From an uncultured archaeon (GTDB lineage Archaea; Asgardarchaeota; Lokiarchaeia; Sigyniarchaeales; Promethearchaeaceae): a DNA stretch of 14,400 nt. Location of the stretch: NCBI GenBank assembly GCA_964426185.1, contig CAYRPF010000039.1:1-14400 (forward strand). The letters are read 5' to 3'. Positions 1 to 6,952 of this stretch are shown here, piece by piece. The notes below the pieces were generated by a model, which made no database searches, had not been told where the DNA came from, and was given only the letters and a program-made list of their open reading frames with translations. A program made the translations under genes and the position numbers. Each line of letters starts with the position of its first letter. The stretch's first letter is position 1.

Positions 1-457
1 CAGCCAATAAATGGAATGTTGGCGTGATGTTAGAGTCTCGTAATTCATCAAATAGAGCAATGTCGCTTGCATCTAAGCGGGCACGTTTGTATTTATCAAA
101 ATTGGTAATAAGAATATCAAGTTTACCAAATTCCGAGACAATATTCTCCACTAAAGTCAAAGCAGGATTATCTTTCCAAATTACTTTGGTTTTATTCCTG
201 CCTCGATCATCAACATATTCCTCCGTTTCATATTCACGGTCTTTCATCAAATCGCATTCATATGCTTTAGCTGATCCTCCCACAGCGGTAGCACAAGCTT
301 GTGATACCGCAAAATCAAGATCCACCAAACATACTTGAGCACCCTCGGCTTGCAATTGTCGGGCAATTTCTCCTCCTAAACCAATTTTAAAACTATCACC
401 CTTCAATTTTCCAAGATTTCCGCCGATTAGGGCAATCTTTCCATCAAATTTCCCCAT
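1..457 (-). CDS. Short-chain dehydrogenase/reductase (SDR, FabG-like), atypical; partial, runs off the left edge (absent from the ORF track)
   Basis: Manual minus-strand translation from ATG 457 is open to base 1: MGKFDGKIALIGGNLGKLKGDSFKIGLGGEIARQLQAEGAQVCLVDLD...VSEFGKLDILITNFD... It has an SDR-type 'GKIALI.G...GLG.EIA..L..EGA.V..VD' start and an 'FGKLDILI.N' motif. A GTGAT SD-like element is just upstream, and the gene follows a thiolase on the same strand. Confidence 0.85.
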   Translation of the reverse strand, partial: MGKFDGKIALIGGNLGKLKGDSFKIGLGGEIARQLQAEGAQVCLVDLDFAVSQACATAVGGSAKAYECDLMKDREYETEEYVDDRGRNKTKVIWKDNPALTLVENIVSEFGKLDILITNFDKYKRARLDASDIALFDELRDSNITPTFHLLA

Positions 458-492
458 AATAATCACATTGTATGAATTTTTACTATTTAGAT

Positions 493-501
493 AAAAAAAA
501 A
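493..501 (-). terminator. Possible archaeal oligo-T terminator after the thiolase gene
   Basis: T9 run on the minus strand about 30 nt past the thiolase stop. It could instead be part of the SDR promoter, and such runs are common in this AT-rich DNA. Confidence 0.3.
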
Positions 502-532
502 CTTAATTTCCTACCATATCCCAATTAGGCAA

Positions 533-1846
533 TTAGGCATCTGGGTTTTCAATAATGGTAGTAACGCCTTGACCGCTTCCACAGCACAAGGTCGCAACTC
601 CATATCGAGCCTTCTTTTCCTTCAGTATTCGAGCCAAAGTTCCAGGGAGACGAACACCGCTAGCACCAAGAGGATGACCAATAGCAATAGCCCCTCCTTT
701 AACATTCACTTTCTCTCTCGGAATGTTAAAGTGATGCATAGCATTCAAAACCACCACCGCAAAGGCTTCATTGATTTCCCAATAATCAATATCATCTACA
801 GTTAAACCGGCTCTTTTTAAAGCAATTTCAGTTGCGGGCACAGGACCACGACCCATTACGGATGGATCAACTCCAGCCCAACCCATGGATATAATTTTTG
901 CCATTGGTTCCAACTCATACTTTTTAACTGCTTCTTCTGAAGCCAGCATCATAGTGGCGGCTCCAGCATTCAAAGGAGAAGAATTACCTGGTGTGATTAC
1001 TCCTTTCTTTGTGCCAAAACGCTCTTTATATTCTTTTCGGCTGAATCGTTTGTGTTTATATCCTCCCATAAATCCAGGAGTGCTAACGGCCGGTAAACTC
1101 AAAGTTTTTTCCAGAGTGACCCCTTTTCGGATAGCTAAATCATGATCTACCAACCACTTCTCTTCTAAATCTCCTTCTTTGTGTCCCATCACGGGAACTA
1201 TTTCTCCTTTGAAATAACCTTCTTCTAGGGCTTTTGAAGCCCATTCATGGCTAAGAACCCCAAATTTTGCCATATCTTCAATGCTGATGTGATCACATTC
1301 ATATTCAAATAATTTTTGGGCAGTTTGTACCATACTCATCCCAGTCATGATATCAATGTCACTGCGATACCAAAATCCATCCTCATCGTTGATGATAAGA
1401 TGTTTTGGAGCAACCATATTTTTCTGTAAGGTTGGATCCATCGGTTCCATAAACATATGCTCGGCGCCAGATGCAACAAACAGATCATTATCTCCGGTTT
1501 GAATGGAAAGGATCCCATGATGCATCGCAGACATGGCAGAACCACATGCACGATCGAAGAACAAAGAAGGAACACTTGCCGGCATATTTCCTGAAAACCA
1601 TGCATTACGGCCAGCATAAGGCCAGTTTGTTCCAACTGGGAATGAACAACCATAACCGAATTCAGAAACATCTTCGGGTTTAACTTTATCTTTCATTCTT
1701 TCTTCGAACATATTTCGCAGAGTGAACCCAACCAATTGATCGGCTCGGATTTCGCTGAAAGCGCTCCTTTCCCGACTTTTTGGTCGAGAACGAGAAAATG
1801 GGGTTCGGACATAATCAACCATATAGACATTATTTAATTTGACCAT
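533..1846 (-). CDS. Acetyl-CoA C-acyltransferase / 3-ketoacyl-CoA thiolase (FadA-like)
   Basis: 437 aa with RTPF N-terminal motif, catalytic Cys in DRACGS, GNSS..NAGAA, NEAF, GHPLGASG (catalytic His) and C-terminal LCCGSGQG. Confidence 0.95.
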   Translation of the reverse strand: MVKLNNVYMVDYVRTPFSRSRPKSRERSAFSEIRADQLVGFTLRNMFEERMKDKVKPEDVSEFGYGCSFPVGTNWPYAGRNAWFSGNMPASVPSLFFDRACGSAMSAMHHGILSIQTGDNDLFVASGAEHMFMEPMDPTLQKNMVAPKHLIINDEDGFWYRSDIDIMTGMSMVQTAQKLFEYECDHISIEDMAKFGVLSHEWASKALEEGYFKGEIVPVMGHKEGDLEEKWLVDHDLAIRKGVTLEKTLSLPAVSTPGFMGGYKHKRFSRKEYKERFGTKKGVITPGNSSPLNAGAATMMLASEEAVKKYELEPMAKIISMGWAGVDPSVMGRGPVPATEIALKRAGLTVDDIDYWEINEAFAVVVLNAMHHFNIPREKVNVKGGAIAIGHPLGASGVRLPGTLARILKEKKARYGVATLCCGSGQGVTTIIENPDA

Positions 1847-2066
1847 ACATATTTCACTTTTTCAATAGTTTACTAAGTTTCATTATTTCCTTCAAAATCT
1901 CTAAATTGAGCCGAATTTTTCACCCAACCCAATTTTGATTCGGTGAAGAAAGAATTCATTGTAATGATTAAAAAAGCTTTTTTCAAAATTTTTCATGAAA
2001 TTACAAAGAAAAATGAAAAGATGTAACGAAAAAAACGGGAAAAAATTGGGATAGCTGAAGCAAATA

Positions 2067-2322
2067 TTAAGATTTTTTTTCATTTTCTTGCAATTTTCGA
2101 TGCAAAATTTTTCCAATTGCATTCTTGGGTAATTCTTGAATAATTTCTATATACTTCAGAATTTTCCAACTTGTTATATTCGATTTACTCTTTCGAGTAA
2201 TTTTTATCTGGAATGATCCAAGCTTTCACCGCACAACTCACAATTCGTCCGTCTTCACCCATATATCCAATATCTCCAGTCAACAACCACTGTATTCCAT
2301 CCCGGTATTTAATAGAAGTATT
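2067..2322 (-). pseudogene. Remnant of an acyl-CoA synthetase / fatty-acid-CoA ligase (ANL adenylation family), C-terminal part only
   Basis: One minus frame (2322-2185) reads NTSIKYRDGIQWLLTGDIGYMGEDGRIVSCAVKAWIIPDKNYSKE*, containing the W..TGDIGY..EDG motif and VKAW. A shifted frame (2168-2067) reads WKILKYIEIIQELPKNAIGKILHRKLQENEKKS*, the terminal LPK...GKIL.R.L motif with the catalytic Lys. The N-terminal ~400 aa are missing, with an internal deletion, a stop and a frameshift. Confidence 0.8.
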
Positions 2323-2340
2323 TCACTACTTAATACTTCT
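2314..2340. repeat. Perfect 9-bp inverted repeat AGAAGTATT-N9-AATACTTCT
   Basis: Arms at 2314-2322 and 2332-2340, read directly. It sits about 70 bp upstream of the HAD gene, at the point where ligase similarity ends. Confidence 0.6.
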
Positions 2341-2412
2341 GGATAAATAACTTAATAATCGTTTGCAATTATTTTTCAAGAATGGAACTTTTTAGTTAAT
2401 ATTGAACCAAAC

Positions 2413-3105
2413 ATGCCCCTTAAAGGAGTACTCTTTGATCTGGATGGAACTTTGATTGATTTTCAAATTGATTATCAACAATGTCGCAAACAAACCATCG
2501 AAGTTTTAGTTGAATCTGGTTACCCACCTAATTTTTTAAACATGAATTCTTTTGTGTTGAAAATGGTTCAAGACGCCTCCAATTACTTCATATCTAAACT
2601 TGGCTATTCTCCTCAACGAGTGTTTGAAATTCGGAAAAAAATTGATTCTTTAGTAGCCCAAGAAGAATTAAAAGCAGCTCAAAAAGCACATTTAATTCCA
2701 GGAATGCAGACTGTATTGGAATTTCTGAATTCCAAGGAGATTAAAATAGGTATTATCACCTTAAATACCACTGAAAATGCCAAAATATCCCTACAGAATG
2801 CAAAAATTATCCAATACTTCGAACGTGATTCAATCATTGTTGGGAGAGATCGTACGGACAGATTAAAGCCGGATCCAAGTCATGCTTCAGAATTTTTGCG
2901 CATTTTTAACCTGAAACCATCAGAGGTTTGTATAATTGGAGATCACCCCTCTGATATTGAGACAGCAAATCACCTTAATGCTAGATCCATAGCAGTGATC
3001 TCTGAAAAACACCCTAAGGAAGAGTTTGACACTCCTTTTTACATTTATCAAAGCAAACCTATACCTAAATTGCTAAATATATTGAAAGATTTTATAGAAA
3101 ATTAA
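2413..3105 (+). CDS. HAD-superfamily hydrolase, phosphoglycolate phosphatase (Gph)-like
   Basis: 230 aa with motif I FDLDGTL, motif II IITLN, motif III KPDP and motif IV IGDHPSD. Confidence 0.9.
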   Translation: MPLKGVLFDLDGTLIDFQIDYQQCRKQTIEVLVESGYPPNFLNMNSFVLKMVQDASNYFISKLGYSPQRVFEIRKKIDSLVAQEELKAAQKAHLIPGMQTVLEFLNSKEIKIGIITLNTTENAKISLQNAKIIQYFERDSIIVGRDRTDRLKPDPSHASEFLRIFNLKPSEVCIIGDHPSDIETANHLNARSIAVISEKHPKEEFDTPFYIYQSKPIPKLLNILKDFIEN

Positions 3106-3310
3106 AAATAAATTAATAATAATCATCTAATATTCATTTTTTTGAGAAAAAATTGGGTGATTTCCCATGAAATTCTTCTATATTGTGTGTGATCTCTCTT
3201 CTCTATGCTTTTTTCTAAACAATTAAGGTAGGGTTGTAGAATATGCTCTTCTGAAAGCATAAGATTCTATCTTTAAAAAATATTTAAAATCAGATTTTTT
3301 TGCACTTAGC

Positions 3311-3318
3311 TTTATAAA
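3311..3318 (+). promoter_or_regulatory. Candidate archaeal TATA box (TTTATAAA) for the GTPase gene
   Basis: Consensus TATA match about 90 bp upstream of ATG 3411. An alternative TTTAAAA lies at 3380-3386, and an SD-like AGGGAG precedes the start. Confidence 0.35.
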
Positions 3319-3410
3319 AGAGAACATATTAATGGGTAAAATTACTACTTTTTCCTAAGGATTAATTATCTATACTAAATTTAAAACAAGTTCATAGGGA
3401 GAATTGAGAA

Positions 3411-4409
3411 ATGGTTAATGTATTTCGGTTAAATATACTTATTGGTTCAATTTTAAAATCACTTTCAGATAAACTTTACGGTGTTTTAATTTTAAGCCCA
3501 ACGCATGAAAAAATAACGTCTATGTTTCAAACAGATATGGACGAATCTTTGAAAGAAAATTTGGAGGAATTAATGGAAACAAAAACAGTGCAAGAATCCG
3601 TCAATTTTGAATCCCGAAAGGTAGGAGTCTATACATTTTCAACTCAATACGGTCGGATAATATATTCGGAAGCAGGAGCTGAAGCATTACTTGTATTTTT
3701 ATGCCCTTTAGAAGCAAATGTAATTGAAATTTTTCCATATATTTTCCTCTGTGCAGAAAAAGTAGCTCGGATTAACACAGGAAAAGAAGTAAGTATGGTC
3801 ATTCCAGAATTCGCTTTATCTTCAGAAATTGCACCAGAAGGTGAAGCACAGCACATGATTCATTTGGAAAAAGGAAGGTTTTCAATGAAAGTAATTTTAG
3901 GTGGAGATGCTTTCGTTGGAAAGACAACCTTAGTGGAAAATTTCGTTAATGATAAATTGACTGATGATTATAAAAGCACCATTGGTGTCAATATAATGAC
4001 CAAACACATGGATTTTCCCATGTGGGATATCAGTGTAGATTTTTCCATTTTTGATATGGGTGGACAAACTATTTTTAAGCCAGTCAGAAACTCGTATTAC
4101 GCTGGAGCCAAAGCAGGTTTCTTAGTATTTGATGTAACACGTCGTGAGAGTTTCGAAAACATTAAAGAATGGTATGAAGAAGCAACAACAGCAGTTCCAG
4201 ATATTACCTTGATACTAATCGGAAACAAAATAGATTTAATTAATGATAGGAAAATAAGCGCAGAAGAAGGTCAAGCCTTAGCAGAAAAATATGGAATAAA
4301 ATATATTGAAACTTGTGCTTTGAATAAAGACATAGTCGATGAAGCATTTCGAACTTTAGGTTTTACCTTCATTCTACGCCATAATCCAGTTAAACTTAGA
4401 AAAGAATAA
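3411..4409 (+). CDS. Roadblock/LC7-like domain fused to a Rab-like small GTPase
   Basis: The C-terminal ~175 aa carry G1 GDAFVGKT, G2 YKSTIGV, G3 DMGGQ, Rab-like F...RNSYYAGA, LVFDVT, G4 GNKID and G5 ETCAL, with no C-terminal prenylation cysteines. The N-terminal ~125 aa fit a Roadblock pattern (GVLILS...GRIIYSEAGAEALLVFLC...N...I...AEKVARI). The GTPase call is firm; the Roadblock call is less so. Confidence 0.88.
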   Translation: MVNVFRLNILIGSILKSLSDKLYGVLILSPTHEKITSMFQTDMDESLKENLEELMETKTVQESVNFESRKVGVYTFSTQYGRIIYSEAGAEALLVFLCPLEANVIEIFPYIFLCAEKVARINTGKEVSMVIPEFALSSEIAPEGEAQHMIHLEKGRFSMKVILGGDAFVGKTTLVENFVNDKLTDDYKSTIGVNIMTKHMDFPMWDISVDFSIFDMGGQTIFKPVRNSYYAGAKAGFLVFDVTRRESFENIKEWYEEATTAVPDITLILIGNKIDLINDRKISAEEGQALAEKYGIKYIETCALNKDIVDEAFRTLGFTFILRHNPVKLRKE

Positions 4410-4428
4410 TTTCTTAGAAAATAATTTT

Positions 4429-6114
4429 TTACATTTCAGTCAAAGTTTTACTCACATAAGGACCATCTGTTCTATAACCAAGCCGATAGAAATACTCTTT
4501 CACGCCGATTCCTGCAATGACCAATATTTTTTGGACACCATGATCGCGTGCAATTTCTTCTGCTTTTTTCATGAGTTTTTTACCAAAACCCCTATGTTGA
4601 ATTTGGTTTGCGTGGGGTTCTTTATTGTACTGTACGATTTCTCCCACAACTCTAATTTCTCTAACAATGGCAGATTTCTGTGCAGTTATTTCGGGTCGAT
4701 GAGAATTTCTTGAAGGAAAACGGAGTCGTAAATAACCTATCAAAATTGTTCTGGAAGGATTTTCAAAAGAAAAGAAATGCTCTTCCCCTCCCGAAGCTTC
4801 GTAAATATTGTGGAAAAATTGAATATCACTCAAATCAACCGGATTACTTACAGTTCCAGCCGATAAAGATTGAAATCCTTCTTCTCGGCATCTAATACAT
4901 TTACAGTGCATCCCATGGGAAGCCATATATCGCTGAACATTTTGCCGAAGATTACTGTGCTTCACTCCGTCAACAATCAAGTCCATTGGGATGTCTCTTT
5001 GAATCCGTTGAATTCGTACGTAATATGGTATATTATTTTTCAAATTTGCAATTACAGAAACAATTTTAGACTCAGAATAAGGTTGATATTGACCTAGTTG
5101 ATATAATTTATACAATTCTGTTCCAGCTATTACCAATGTAGGATATATTTTGAGCATATCTGGTCTAAAATTTGGATTTTCAAACAATTCTTGAAATACT
5201 TCTTTATCCATTTTAGGAGAACTCAAAGGTAAATTGGGCATCATATGGCAGTTAACTTTAATTCCGCTATCTTTTGCTACTTGTATGGCACGAATGCTGT
5301 CTTCAACGGTATGATTTCTATGAACATATGCTAAAATTTCTGGACGGGTGGTTTGAACTCCTATTTCTATTCGAGTTATACCCAATTCCAACAATCGATC
5401 GATGTGCTCTTCAAAACAATAATCTGGACGGGTTTCAAATGTGATCCCAATTAAGCGCGTTTGGGCAGATTCCAATAACTTTTTTGCGGTTTCAAGATCA
5501 GGGGTGCGTTGGTGATGATTGTAATCTGGAGCACGAAAATTCAAGATGGCATCGAAGCATCCATGCATAAATTTGTTTTGATAAGATATTGGAGCATACA
5601 GAAAAGTACCACCCATAATAATTAATTCAATTTTATCAACTTGATGCCCAATTTGCTGTAAATCAATCAAACGATGCAATGTTTGCTCATAAGAATCATA
5701 ATGATACATTGTTGAGCGCATAGCAGCCGGTTCCCGACCTGTATAAGATTGGGCCACTTTTTGGTTAGGTTGAGAATCAGTACCTGGGCAAAAAATACAT
5801 TCACCAGGGCAGCTTTTAGATCCTTCGGGGTTTGGAGCAGTCATAACCGCCACAATTGAAACTCCTGAAAGAGTTCGGGTTAACCGTCGGCGTAAAATAT
5901 GACGTAATTTAATTTGTTCTTCTTCTGTGGCATAATTTAAAATTTGAGAATTTCGAATCACTGAAGGGAAATGGTATTTTTTCCCTATTTGGCATTTTAT
6001 AGCAGTGAGTTGCTTTTTTGTAGTTTTTGGATGTTTTAATAAATATGTAATTATTTCTCTGGCCGTTTTTGCGGTAATATTCTCAAGATTAGTCAAGTTA
6101 GCTACGGAATTCAT
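4429..6114 (-). CDS. elp3: tRNA uridine(34) acetyltransferase Elp3 (radical SAM + KAT domain)
   Basis: 561 aa with RTLSGVSIVAVMT, CPGECIFCPG (Fe-S), QSYTGREPAAMR, DKIELIIMGGTF, ETRPD, KIYPTLV, RIQRDIP, CKCIRCRE (Zn), QHRGFGK and GIGVKEYFYRLGY. Confidence 0.96.
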   Translation of the reverse strand: MNSVANLTNLENITAKTAREIITYLLKHPKTTKKQLTAIKCQIGKKYHFPSVIRNSQILNYATEEEQIKLRHILRRRLTRTLSGVSIVAVMTAPNPEGSKSCPGECIFCPGTDSQPNQKVAQSYTGREPAAMRSTMYHYDSYEQTLHRLIDLQQIGHQVDKIELIIMGGTFLYAPISYQNKFMHGCFDAILNFRAPDYNHHQRTPDLETAKKLLESAQTRLIGITFETRPDYCFEEHIDRLLELGITRIEIGVQTTRPEILAYVHRNHTVEDSIRAIQVAKDSGIKVNCHMMPNLPLSSPKMDKEVFQELFENPNFRPDMLKIYPTLVIAGTELYKLYQLGQYQPYSESKIVSVIANLKNNIPYYVRIQRIQRDIPMDLIVDGVKHSNLRQNVQRYMASHGMHCKCIRCREEGFQSLSAGTVSNPVDLSDIQFFHNIYEASGGEEHFFSFENPSRTILIGYLRLRFPSRNSHRPEITAQKSAIVREIRVVGEIVQYNKEPHANQIQHRGFGKKLMKKAEEIARDHGVQKILVIAGIGVKEYFYRLGYRTDGPYVSKTLTEM

Positions 6115-6139
6115 GTGTTTTCATCCAAAAAGAAGATAA

Positions 6140-6147
6140 TATATAAA
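6140..6147 (-). promoter_or_regulatory. TATA box (TTTATATA) upstream of elp3
   Basis: Consensus archaeal TATA ending about 25 nt before ATG 6114, a spacing compatible with a leaderless or short-leader transcript. Confidence 0.55.
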
Positions 6148-6181
6148 AGTAAACATCAAATTTCTTTTTTATCCTTATTGA

Positions 6182-6937
6182 TCATGCATCTAAAGGACGT
6201 TTTCGCCCCCCAAAAATGGCAATTTCATATATTTTAAAGAACAAATCCACATCTACAAATCCTAACTCTTTCAGCCATTGAACTTGTAAATCGACTGGAG
6301 CTAATATGTTCGATTGCTTTAAGGGCTTGAAGTAATACTTTTTGGCAACTTCTTCCCGAGAAATTTGGGGATCTTGCTGACGGTGAAAAGAATAAATGCT
6401 GTCGATATACATTTCATTATTCAGCTCAACACTCAGTGGAGAAGCTGATTCAACCCTTTCCAAATTCAAAAATATACCATTAGGTGCTAAAAGATCATAA
6501 ATATCTCCATAAATTTCCTTTTTCCGCCTGTGAGTTAAGTGATGAATGGCTAAACCTGAGACGATCACATCATAAGGTGCATATTGAAGTAATTCATCGA
6601 CCCAATCGGATTCTTGCATATCATGTTTATGAAAATGCACTCGAGAATTGGACTCTTGAAAAGAAAATTCAGAAATTTCTTGTTTTACCGAATCTAACAT
6701 CGTAGTCGAAAGATCGGAGAAGGTTACTGAAGCAGATGGATATTGCTTCCAAAGAGTTCTTCCTAATATTCCATCTCCACATCCCACATCAAGAATTGAT
6801 TTAACCTCAGAATGAATATTCCTCACAATTTGTAGAATAATTTGAAGTTGTTCTCTTGCAAATGGAATTGCTGCACGACTTCCCTTCAAATAATCACGAG
6901 CAACTGAAGAATTCGCCCAAACATTTTGATTAGACAT
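6182..6937 (-). CDS. Class I SAM-dependent methyltransferase (CmoA-like fold, substrate unknown)
   Basis: Motif I ILDVGCGDG, D-L-S..ML, YDVIVSGLAIHHL and L.PNGIFLNLE. Start moved to ATG 6937 because the ORF-track GTG at 6946 is part of an SD-like GTGAT. Confidence 0.88.
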   Translation of the reverse strand: MSNQNVWANSSVARDYLKGSRAAIPFAREQLQIILQIVRNIHSEVKSILDVGCGDGILGRTLWKQYPSASVTFSDLSTTMLDSVKQEISEFSFQESNSRVHFHKHDMQESDWVDELLQYAPYDVIVSGLAIHHLTHRRKKEIYGDIYDLLAPNGIFLNLERVESASPLSVELNNEMYIDSIYSFHRQQDPQISREEVAKKYYFKPLKQSNILAPVDLQVQWLKELGFVDVDLFFKIYEIAIFGGRKRPLDA

Positions 6938-6952
6938 TAGTATCACTTCTTT

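Noticed and set aside
24-338. Plus-strand 104-aa ORF
   Set aside because: Antisense shadow of the SDR gene, which has clear family motifs on the minus strand.
569-1683. Short ORFs 569-805, 885-1145, 1345-1671 and 1471-1683
   Set aside because: All lie within the thiolase gene (antisense or alternate frame) and show no motifs.
1970-1983. 14-bp palindrome AAAAAAGCTTTTTT
   Set aside because: Made of homopolymer arms in very AT-rich DNA, so likely chance.
1964-2058. Possible C/D box sRNA (ATGATTA ... CTGA), considered because nop5/fibrillarin are nearby
   Set aside because: Box C is mismatched, the spacing is too long for a typical archaeal guide, and no clear internal C'/D' boxes are present.
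1901-2122. Minus-strand 73-aa Phe-rich ORF
   Set aside because: Low-complexity product of A/T runs; its start is an alternate frame of the ligase relic's terminal motif.
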